Assembly: GCA_964016885.1 (NCBI GenBank)
Contig: OZ024743.1
Location: forward strand, 129,580,001 to 129,644,000
From: Eledone cirrhosa
Taxonomy: Eukaryota
Reading direction: 5' to 3'
DNA: 64,000 bases
Shown here: positions 42,201-54,700 of the stretch, one piece after another
Layout: each line of letters begins with the position of its first letter
Position numbering within the stretch: the first letter of the stretch is position 1
Position numbers and translations under genes: made by a program
The notes under the pieces: model-generated
What the model was told of the DNA's origin: nothing
Databases searched by the model: none
Seen by the model: the letters and a program-made list of their open reading frames with translations, nothing else

Positions 42201-45200
42201 CAAACACCAAACACCAAGCACCAGGCACCAAGCACCAAACACCAAGCACCAAGCACCAAACACCAAGCACCAAGAACCAAACACCAAACACCAAACAGCA
42301 AGCACCAAGCACCAAACACCAAGCACCAAACACCAAACAGCAAACACCAAACACCAAACAGCAAACAGCAAACGCCAAACACCAAGCACCAAGCACCAAG
42401 CACCAAACACCAAGCACCAAGCACCAAGCACAAATCACCAAACACCAAGCACCAAGGACCAAACATCAAACACCAAGCACCAAGCACCAAACACCAAACA
42501 CCAACCACCAAGCACCAAGCACCAAACACCAAGCACCAAGTACCAAACAGCAAACCCCAAGCACCAAGCACCAAACACTAATCACCAAGCACCAAGCACC
42601 AAACAACAAGCACCAAGCACCAAGAACCAGGCACCAGGCACCAAGCACCAAACACAAAACACCAAGCACCAAGCACCAAGCAGCACACACCAAGCATCAA
42701 ACACCAAACACCAAGCAGCACACACCAAGCACCAAGCACCAAACACCAAACACCAAGCACTAAGCACCAAGCACCAAGCACCAAACTCCAAGCACCCAGC
42801 ACCAAACACCAAACACCAAGCACCAAGCACCAAACACCAAACACCAAGCACCAAGCACCAAGCACCAAACACCAGACACCAAGCACCAAACACCAAGCAC
42901 CAAGCACCAAGCACCAAGCACCAAACACCAAACAACAAGCACCAGGTACCAAGCACCAAACACCAAAAACCAAGCACCAAGCACCAAACACCAAGCACCA
43001 AGCACCAAACACCAAACACCAAACACCAAACAGCAAACACCAAACACCAAACAGCAAAAACCAAATACGAAACAGCAAACACCATACAGCAAACACCAAA
43101 CACCAAAAAGCAGACACCAAACAGCAAACACCAAACACCAAACACCAAACACCAAACACCAAGCACCAAGCACCAACCACCAAACCCCAAGCACCAAGCA
43201 ACAAACACTAATCACCAAGCACCAAGCACCAAACACCAAGCACCAAGCACCAAGCACCAAACACCAAGCACCAAGCACCAAGCACCAAACACCAAACACC
43301 AAGCACCAAAGACCAAGCACCAAGCACCAAGCACCAAACAACAAGCACCAAGCACCAAGCACCAAACACCAAGCACCAAGCAGCAAACACCAACCACCCA
43401 GAACCAAGCACCAAGCACCAAACAGCAAGCACCAAACACCAAACACCAAACACCAAGCACCAAGCACCAAGCACAAAACACCAAGCCCCAAGCACCAAAC
43501 ACCAAACACCAAACACCAAGCACCAAGCACCAAACACCAAGCACCAAGCACCAATCACAAAGAACGAAACAACAAGCAGCAAGCAGCAAGCACCAAAGAC
43601 CAAACACCAAGCACCAAGCACTAAGGACCCAACATCAAACACCAAGCACCAAGCACCAAACACCAAACACCAAGCACCAAGCAGCAAGCACCAAGCACCG
43701 AACACCAAGCCCCAAACACCAAGCACCAAACACCAAGCACCAAACACCAAACACTAAGTCCCACGCACCAAGCATCAAACACCAAGCATCAAACACCAAA
43801 CACCAAACACCAGGCACCAAGCACCAAACACCAAACACCAAGCACCAAGCACCCAGCACCAAACACCAAGCACCAAGCACCAAGCACCAAACACCAAGCA
43901 CCAAACACCAAACACCAAGCACCAAACACCAAACACCAAGCACCAAGCACCAAAACCCAAACACCAAGCACCAAGCACCAAACACCAAACACCAAACACC
44001 AGACACCAAGCACCAAACACCAAACACCAAACACCAAGCACCAAGCACCAAACACCAAGCACCAAGCACCAAACAGCAAACCCCAAGCACCAAGCACCAA
44101 ACACTAATCACCAAGCACCAAGCACCAAACAACAAGCACCAAGCACCAAGAACCAGGCACCAAGCACCAAGCACCAAACACAAAACACCAAGCACCAAGC
44201 ACCAAGCAGCACACACCAAGCATCAAACACCAACCACCAAACACCAAGCACCAAACACCAAACACCAAGCACTAAGCACCAAGCACCAAGCACCAAACTC
44301 CAAGCACCCAGCACCAAACACCAAACACCAAGCACCAAGCACCAAACACCAAACACCAAGCACCAAGCACCAAGCACCAAACACCAGACACCAAGCACCA
44401 AACACCAAGCACCAAGCACCAAGCACCAAACACCAAACAACAAGCACCAGGTACCAAGCACCAAACACCAAAAACCAAGCACCAAGCACCAAACACCAAG
44501 CACCAAGCACCAAACACCAAACACCAACCACCAGGCACCAAACACCAAACACCAAGCACCAAGCACCAAGCACGAAACACCAGGCACCAAGCACCAAGCA
44601 CCAAACACCAAACACCAAGCACCAAACACCAGCCACCAAGCACCAAGCACCAAACACCAAACACGAAGCACTTAGCACCAAACACCAAACAACAAGCAGC
44701 AGGCACCAAGCACCAAACACCAAACACCAAGCATGCAGCACCAAACACCAAGCACCAAGCACCAAGCACCAAACACCAAGCACCAAGCACCAAGCACCAA
44801 ACACCAAACACCAAACACCAAGCACCAAGAACCAAACACCAAACACCAAACAGCAAGCACCAAGCACCAAACACCAAGTACCAAACACCAAACCCCAAGC
44901 ACCAATCACCAAACACTAATCACCAAGCACCAAGCACCAAAGACCAAGCACCAAGCACCAAGCACCAAGCACCAAGCACCAAACACCAAGCACCAAGCAC
45001 CAAACACCAAACACCAAACACCAAGCACCAAGCACCAAACAGCAAGCGCGAAACACCAAGCACCAAACACCAAGCACCAAATACCAAGCCCCCACGCACT
45101 AAGCACCAAACACCAAACACCAAGCACCAAGCACCAAGCACCAAGCACCAAGACCCTAGCACCAAACACCAAACACCAAGCAAAAAGCACAAAACACCAA

Positions 45201-45718
45201 GCACCAATCACCAAGCACCAAACACCAAACACCAAGCACCAAGCACCAAATACCAAACACCAAGCACCAAGGACCAAACATCAAACACCAAGCACCAAGC
45301 AACAAACGCCTAACACCAAGCACCAAGCACCAAGCACCAAGCACCAAACACCAAGCACCAATCACCTAACACCAAGCACCAAGCACCAAACACCAAGCAC
45401 CAGGTACCAAGCACCAAACACCAAACACCAAGCACCAGGCACCAAGCACCAAACACCAAGCACCAAGCACCAAACACCAAGCACCAAGAACCAAACACCA
45501 AACACCAAACAGCAAGCACCAAGCACCAAACACCAAGCACCAAACACCAAACAGCAAACACCAAACACCAAACAGCAAACAGCAAACGCCAAACACCAAG
45601 CACCAAGCACCAAGCACCAAACACCAAGCACCAAGCACCAAGCACAAATCACCAAACACCAAGCACCAAGGACCAAACATCAAACACCAAGCACCAAGCA
45701 CCAAACACCAAACACCAA
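39271..45718 (+). repeat. Near-perfect tandem duplication, period 3214 bp (2 copies)
   Basis: ORFs 39364..39990 through 42148..42462 recur at +3214 (42578..43204 through 45362..45676). Private variant CAGCAAG-CGCGAAA at about 41830 and 45045. CACAAAG-AACGAAA at 40342 and 43556. Confidence 0.95.
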
Positions 45719-45979
45719 TCACCAAGCACCAAGCACAAAGCACCGAACACCAAGCACCAAACACCAAGCACCAAACACCAAGCACCAAACACCAAGCACC
45801 AGGCACCAAGCACCAAACACCAAGCACCACCACCAAACACCAAGCACCAAGCACCAAACACATAACACCAAGCACCAAGCACCGAGCACCAAGCACCAAA
45901 CACCAAGCACCAAACACCAAACACCAAGCACCAAGTACCAAACACCAAGCACCAAGCACCAAACACCAAGCACCAAGCA

Positions 45980-48900
45980 CCAATCACCAAACACCAAGAA
46001 CCAAACACCAAACACCAAGCACCAAGCACCAAGTACATACACCAAGCACCAAACACCAAACACAAAACACCAAGCACCAAGCAACAAGCATCAAACACCA
46101 AGCATCAAACACCAAACACCAAACACCAAGCACCAAGCACCAAACACCAAACACCAAGCACCAAGCACCCAGCACCAAACACAAAGCACCAAGCACCAAG
46201 CACCAAACACCAAGCACCAAACACCAGACACCAAGCACCAAACACCAAACACCAAGCACCAAGCACCAAAACCCAAACACCAAGCACCAAGCACCAAACA
46301 CCAAACACCAAACACCAGACACCAAGCACCAAACACCAAACACCAAACACCAAGCACCAAGCACCAAACACCAAGCACCAAGCACCAAACAGCAAACCCC
46401 AGGCACCAAGCACCAAACACTAATCACCAAGCACCAAGCACCAAACAACAAGCACCAAGCACCAAGCACCAAGCACCAAACACCAGACACCAAGCACCAA
46501 ACACCAAGCACCAAGCACCAAGCACCAAGCACCAAACACCAAACACCAAACACCAAACAGCAAACACCAAACACCAAACAGCAAAAACCAAACACCAAGC
46601 ACCAAAAAGCAGACACCAAACAGCAAACACCAAACACCAAACACCAAACACCAAACACCAAGCACCAAGCACCAACCACCAAACCCCAAGCACCAAGCAA
46701 CAAACACTAATCACCAAGCACCAAGCACCAAACACCAAGCACCAAGCAACAAGCACCAAACACCAAGCACCAAGCACCAAGCACCAAACACCAAACACCA
46801 AGCACCAAAGACCAAGCACCAAGCACCAAGCACCAAACAACAAGCACCAAGCACCAAGCACCAAACACGAAGCACCAAGCAGCAAACACCAACCACCCAG
46901 AACCAAGCACCAAAAACCAAACAGCAAGCACCAAACACCAAACACCAAACACCAAGCACCAAGCACCAAGCACAAAACACCAAGCCCCAAGCACCAAACA
47001 CCAAACACCAAACACCAAGCACCAAGCACCAAACACCAAGCACCAAGCGCCAATCACAAAGAACGAAACAACAAGCAGCAAGCAGCAAGCACCAAACACC
47101 AAACACCAAGCACCAAGCACTAAGGACCCAACATCAAACACCAAGCACCAAGCACCAAACACCAAACACCAAGCACCAAGCAGCAAGCACCAAGCACCTA
47201 ACACCAAGCCCCAAACACCAAGCACCAAACACCAAGCACCAAACACCAAACACTAAGTCCCACGCACCAAGCACCAAACACCAAACAGCAAGCACCAAGT
47301 ACCAAACATCAAGCACCAAGCACGAAGCCCCTAGCAACAAACACCAAACACCAAGCACCAAGCACAAAACACCAAGCACGAATCACCAAGCACCAAACAC
47401 CAAGCACCAAGCAGCAAGCACCAAACACCAAAACCAAGCACCAAGCACCAAACACCAAGCACCAAACATCAAACACCAAGCACCAAGCACCAAACACCTA
47501 ACACCAAGCACCAAGCACCAAGCACCAAGCACCAAACAATAAGCACCAAACACCAATACCGAAGCACCAAACACCAAGCACCAAACTCCAAACACAAAAC
47601 ACCAAGCACCAAGCAGCAAGCACCAAACACCAAACACCAAGCACCAAACACCAAACACCAAACAACAAGCACCAAGGACCAAACATCAAACACCAAGCAC
47701 CAAGCACCAACCACCAAACACCAAGCACCAAGCACCAAACATCAAACACCAAGCACCAATCACCAAACACCAAGAACCAAGCACCAAACACCAAGCACCA
47801 AGCACCAAGTACATACACCAAGCACCAAACACCAAACACAAAACACCAAGCACCAAGCAACAAGCATCAAACACCAAGCATCAAACACCAAACACCAAAT
47901 ACCAAGCACCAAGCACCAAACACCAAACACCAAGCACCAAGCACCCAGCACCAAACACCAAGCACCAAGCACCAAGCACCAAACACCAAGCACCAAACAC
48001 CAGACACCAAGCACCAAACACCAAACACCAAGCACCAAGCACCAAAACCCAAACACCAAGCACCAAGCACCAAACACCAAACACCAAACACCAGACACCA
48101 AGCACCAAACACCAAACACCAAACACCAAGCACCAAGCACCAAACACCAAGCACCAAGCACCAAACAGCAAACCCCAAGCACCAAGCACCAAACACTAAT
48201 CACCAAGCACCAAGCACCAAACAACAAGCACCAAGCACCAAGAACCAGGCACCAAGCACCAAGCACCAAACACAAAACACCAAGCACCAAGCACCAAGCA
48301 GCACACACCAAGCATCAAACACCAAACACCAAACACCAAGCACCAAACACCAAACACCAAGCACTAAGCACCAAGCACCAAGCACCAAACTCCAAGCACC
48401 CAGCACCAAACACCAAACACCAAGCACCAAGCACCAAACACCAAACACCAAGCACCAAGCACCAAGCACCAAACACCAGACACCAAGCACCAAACACCAA
48501 GCACCAAGCACCAAGCACCAAACACCAAACAACAAGCACCAGGTACCAAGCACCAAACACCAAAAACCAAGCACCAAGCACCAAACACCAAGCACCAAGC
48601 ACCAAACACCAAACACCAAACACCAAACAGCAAACACCAAACACCAAACAGCAAAAACCAAATACGAAACAGCAAACACCAAACACCAAAAAGCAGACAC
48701 CAAACAGCAAACACCAAACACCAAACACCAAACACAAAACACCAAGCACCAAGCACCAACCACCAAACCCCAAGCACCAAGCAACAAACACTAATCACCA
48801 AGCACCAAGCACCAAACACCAAGCACCAAGCACCAAGCACCAAACACCAAGCACCAAGCACCAAGCACCAAACACCAAACACCAAGCACCAAAGACCAAG

Positions 48901-51790
48901 CACCAAGCACCAAGCACCAAACAACAAGCACCAAGCACCAAGCCCCAAACACCAAGCACCAAGCAGCAAACACCAACCACCCAGAACCAAGCACCAAGCA
49001 CCAAACAGCAAGCACCAAACACCAAACACCAAACACCAAACACCAAGCACCAAGCACCAAACACCAAGCACCAAGCACCAATCACAAAGAACGAAACAAC
49101 AAGCAGCAAGCAGCAAGCACCAAACACCAAACACCAAGCACCAAGCACTAAGGACCCAACATCAAACACCAAGCACCAAGTACCAAACACCAAACACCAA
49201 GCACCAAGCAGCAAGCACCAAGCACCGAACACCAAGCCCCAAACACCAAGCACCAAACACCAAGCACCAAACACTAAACACTAAGTCCCACGCACCAAGC
49301 ACCAAACACAAACCAGCAAGCACCAAGTACCAAACATCAAGCACCAAGCACGAAGCCCCTAGCAACAAACACCAAACACCAAGCACCAAGCACAAAACAC
49401 CAAGCACCAATCACCAAGCACCAAACACCAAGCAGCAAGCAGCAAGCACCAAACACCAAAACCAAGCACCAAGCACCAAACACCAAGCACCAAACATCAA
49501 ACACCAAGCACCAAGCACCAAACACCTAACACCAAGCACCAAGCACCAAGCACCAAGCACCAAACAATAAGCACCAAACACCAAGACCGAAGCACCAAAC
49601 ACCAAGCACCAAACTCCAAACACAAAACACCAAGCACCAAGCAGCAAGTACCAAACACCAAACACCAAGCACCAAACACCAAACACCAAACAACAAGCAC
49701 CAAGGACCAAACATCAAACACCAAGCACCAAGCACCAAACACCAAACACCAAGCACCAAGCACCAAACATCAAACCCCCAAGCACCAATCACCAAACACC
49801 AAGAACCAAGCACCAAACAGCAAGCACCAAGCACCAAGTACATACACCAAGTACCAAACACCAAACACAAAACACCAAGCACCAAGCAACAATCATCAAA
49901 CACCAAGCATCAAACACCAAACACCAAATACCAAGCACCAAGCACCAAACACCAAACACCAAGCACCAAGCACCCAGCACCAAACACCAAGCACCAAGCA
50001 CCAAGCACCAAACACCAAGCACCAAACACCAGACACCAAGCACCAAACACCAAACACCAAGCACCAAGCACCAAAACCCAAACACCAAGCACCAAGCACC
50101 AAACACCAAACACCAAACACCAAACACCAAGCACCAAGCACCAAACACCAAGCACCAAGTACCAAACAGCAAACCCCAAGCACCAAGCACCAAACACTAA
50201 TCACCAAGCACCAAGCACCAAACAACAAGCACCAAGCACCAAGAACCAGGCACCAAGCACCAAGCACCAAACACAAAACACCAAGCACCAAGCACCAAGC
50301 AGCACACACCAAGCATCAAACACCAAACACCAAACACCAAGCACCAAACATCAAACACCAAGCACTAAGCACCAAGCACCAAGCACCAAACTCCAAGCAC
50401 CCAGCACCAAACACCAAACACCAAGCACCAAGCACCAAGCACCAAACACCAGACACCAAGCACCAAACACCAAGCACCAAGCACCAAGCACCAAACACCA
50501 AACAACAAGCACCAGGTACCAAGCACCAAACACCAAAAACCAAGCACCAAGCACCAAACACCAAGCACCAAGCACCAAACACCAAACACCAAACACCAAA
50601 CAGCAAACACCAAACACCAAACAGCAAAAACCAAATACGAAACAGCAAACACCAAACACCAAAAAGCAGACACCAAACAGCAAACACCAAACACCAAACA
50701 CCAAACACCAAACACCAAGCACCAAGCACCAACCACCAAACCCCAAGCACCAAGCAACAAACACTAATCACCAAGCACCAAGCACCAAACACCAAGCACC
50801 AAGCACCAAGCACCAAACACCAAGCACCAAGCACCAAGCACCAAACACCAAACACCAAGCACCAAAGACCAAGCACCAAGCACCAAGCACCAAACAACAA
50901 GCACCAAGCACCAAGCACCAAACACCAAGCACCAAGCAGCAAACACCAACCACCCAGAACCAAGCACCAAGCACGAAACAGCAAGCACCAAACACCAAAC
51001 ACGAAACACCAAGCACCAAGCACCAAGCACAAAACACCAAGCCCCAAGCACCAAACACCAAACACCAAACACCAAGCACCAAGCACCAAACACCAAGCAC
51101 CAAGCACCAATCACAAAGAACGAAACAACAAGCAGCAAGCAGCAAGCACCAAACACCAAACACCAAGCACCAAGCACTAAGGACCCAACATCAAACACCA
51201 AGCACCAAGCACCAAACACCAAACACCAAGCACCAAGCAGCAAGCACCAAGCACCGAACACCAAGCCCCAAACACCAAGCACCAAACACCAAGCACCAAA
51301 CACCAAACACTAAGTCCCACGCACCAAGCACCAAACACCAAACAGCAAGCACCAAGTACCAAACATCAAGCACCAAGCACGAAGCCCCTAGCAACAAACA
51401 CCAAACACCAAGCACCAAGCACAAAACACCAAGCACCAATCACCAAGCACCAAACACCAAGCAGCAAGCAGCAAGCACCAAACACCAAAACCAAGCACCA
51501 AGCACCAAACACCAAGCACCAAACATCAAACACCAAGCACCAAGCACCAAACACCTAACACCAAGCACCAAGCACCAAGCACCAAGCACCAAACAATAAG
51601 CACCAAACACCAAGACCAAAGCACCAAACACCAAGCACCAAACTCCAAACACAAAACACCAAGCACCAAGCAGCAAGCACCAAACACCAAACACCAAGCA
51701 CCAAACACCAAACACCAAACAACAAGCACCAAGGACCAAACATCAAACACCAAGCACCAAGCACCAATCACCAAACACCAAGCACCAAGC
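45980..51790 (+). repeat. Three-copy higher-order repeat, period about 2.03 kb (first copy shorter)
   Basis: CACAAAG-AACGAAA at 47055, 49083 and 51112 (+2028, +2029). TACATA at 46034, 47810 and 49839. ORFs 47309..47497, 49337..49525 and 51366..51554 match. Confidence 0.9.
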
Positions 51791-54700
51791 ACCAAACATC
51801 AAACACCAAGCACCAAGCACCAAACACCTAACACCAAGCACCAAGCACCAAGCACCAAGCACCAAACACCAAGCACCAAGCACCAAACACCAAACCCCAA
51901 GCACAAAACACCAAACCGCAAGCACAAAGCACCAAACACTAATCACCAAGCACCAAGCACCAAACAACAACCACCAAGCACCAAGCACCAGGCACCAAGC
52001 ACCCAGCACCAAACACAAAACACCAAGCACCAAGCACCAAGCAGCAAACACCAAGCATCAAACACCAAACACCAAACACCAAGCACCAAGCACCAAACAC
52101 CAAACACCAAGCAGCAAACACCAAACAACAAGCACCAGGCACCAAGCACGAAACACCAAACACCAAGCACCAAGCACCAAACACCAAACACCAGGCACGC
52201 AGCATCAAACACCAAGCACCAAGCACCAAGCATCAAACACCAAGCACCAAGCACCAAGCACCAAGTACCAAACACCAACCACCAAGCACCAAACACCAAA
52301 CACCAAGCACCAAGCACCAAGCACGAAACACCAGGCACCAAGCACCAAGCACCAAACACCAAACACCAAGCACCAAGCACCAAACACCAAACACCAAGCA
52401 CCAAACACAAGATACCAAGCACCAAGCAACAAACACCAAACACCAAGCACCAAGCACCAAACACCAAACACCAAACACCAAGCACGCAGCACCGAACACC
52501 AAGCACCAAGCACCAAGCACCAAACACCAAGCACCAAGTACCAAGCACCAAACACCAAACACCAAACACCAAGCACCAAGAACCAAACACCAAACACCAA
52601 ACAGCAAGCACCAAGCACCAAACACCAAGTACCAAACACCAAACCCCAAGCACCAATCACCAAACACTAATCACCAAGCACCAAGCACCAAAGACCAAGC
52701 ACCAAGCACCAAGCACCAAGCACCAAACACCAAGCACCAAGCACCAAACACCAAACACCAAACACCAAGCACCAAGCACCAAACAGCAAGCACCAAACAC
52801 CAAGCACCAAACACCAAGCACCAAACACCAAGCCCCACGCACCAAGCACCAAACACCAAACACCAAGCACCAAGCACCAAACACCAAGCACCAAGCACCA
52901 AGACCCTAGCACCAAACACCAAACACCAAGCACCAAGAACCAAACACCAAACACCAAACAGCAAGCACCAAGCACCAAACACCAAGTACCAAACACCAAA
53001 CCCCAAGCACCAATCACCAAACACTAATCACCAAGCACCAAGCACCAAACACCAAACACCAAACACCAGACACCAAGCACCAAACACCAAACACCAAACA
53101 CCAAGCACCAAGCACCAAACACCAAACACCAAGCACCAAACAGCAAACCCCAAGCACCAAGCACCAAACACTAATCACCAAGCACCAAGCACCAAACAAC
53201 AAGCACCAAGCACCAAGAACCAGGCACCAAGCACCAAGCACCAAACACAAAACACCAAGCACCAAGCACCAAGCAGCACACACCAAGCATCAAACACCAA
53301 ACACCAAACACCAAGCACCAAACACCAAACCCCAAGCACCAATCACCAAACACTAATCACCAAGCACCAAGCACCAAAGACCAAGCACCAAGCACCAAGC
53401 ACCAAGCACCAAGCACCAAGCACCAAACACCAAGCACCAAGCACCAAACACCAAACACCAAACACCAAGTACCAAGCACCAAACAGCAAGCACCAAACAC
53501 CAAGCACCAAACACCAAGCACCAAACACCAAGCCCCACGCACCAAGCACCAAACACCAAACACCAAGCACCAAGCACCAAACACCAAGCACCAAGCACCA
53601 AGACCCTAGCACCAAACACCAAACACCAAGCACCAAGCACCAAACAGCAAGCACCAAACACCAAGCACCAAACACCAAGCACCAAACACCAAGCCCCACG
53701 CACCAAGCACCAAACACCAAACACCAAGCACCAAGCACCAAACAGCAAACCCCAAGCACCAAGCACCAAACACTAATCACCAAGCACCAAGCACCAAACA
53801 ACAAGCACCAAGCACCAAGAACCAGGCACCAAGCACCAAGCACCAAACACAAAACACCAAGCACCAAGCACCAAGCAGCACACACCAAGCATCAAACACC
53901 AAACACCAAACACCAAGCACCAAACACCAAACACCAAGCCCTAAGCACCAAGCACCAAGCACCAAACTCCAAGCACCCAGCACCAAACACCAAACACCAA
54001 GCACCAAGCACCAAACACCAAACACCAAGCACCAAGCACCAAGCACCAAACACCAGACACCAAGCACCAAACACCAAGCACCAAGCACCAAGCACCAAAC
54101 ACCAAACAACAAGCACCAGGTACCAAGCACCAAACACCAAAAACCAAGCACCAAGCACCAAACACCAAGCACCAAGCACCGAACACCAAACACCAAACAC
54201 CAAACAGCAAACACCAAACACCAAACAGCAAAAACCAAATACGAAACAGCAAACACCATACAGCAAACACCAAACACCAAAAAGCAGACACCAAACACCA
54301 AACACCAAACACCAAGCACCAAGCACCAAGCACCAACCACCAAACCCCAAGCACCAAGCAACAAACACTAATCACCAAGCACCAAGCACCAAACACCAAG
54401 CACCAAGCACCAAGCACCAAACACCAAGCACCAAGCACCAAGCACCAAACACCAAACACCAAGCACCAAAGACCAAGCACCAAGCACCAAGCACCAAACA
54501 CCAAGTACCAAGCAGCAAACACCAACCACCCAGAACCAAGCACCAAGCACCAAACAGCAAGCACCAAACACCAAACACCAAACACCAAGCACCAAGCACC
54601 AAGCACAAAACACCAAGCCCCAAGCACCAAGCCCCAAACACCAAACACCAAGCACCAAGCACCAAACACCAAGCACCAAGCACCAATCACAAAGAACGAA

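Noticed and set aside
9051-47123. Long plus-strand ORFs (427-931 aa) resembling mucin, extensin or His-rich repeat proteins
   Set aside because: There is no signal peptide, unique domain or non-repeat flank. Variation is not concentrated at third codon positions, 6- and 8-nt units shift frame freely, and paralogous copies are interrupted by stops at different places.
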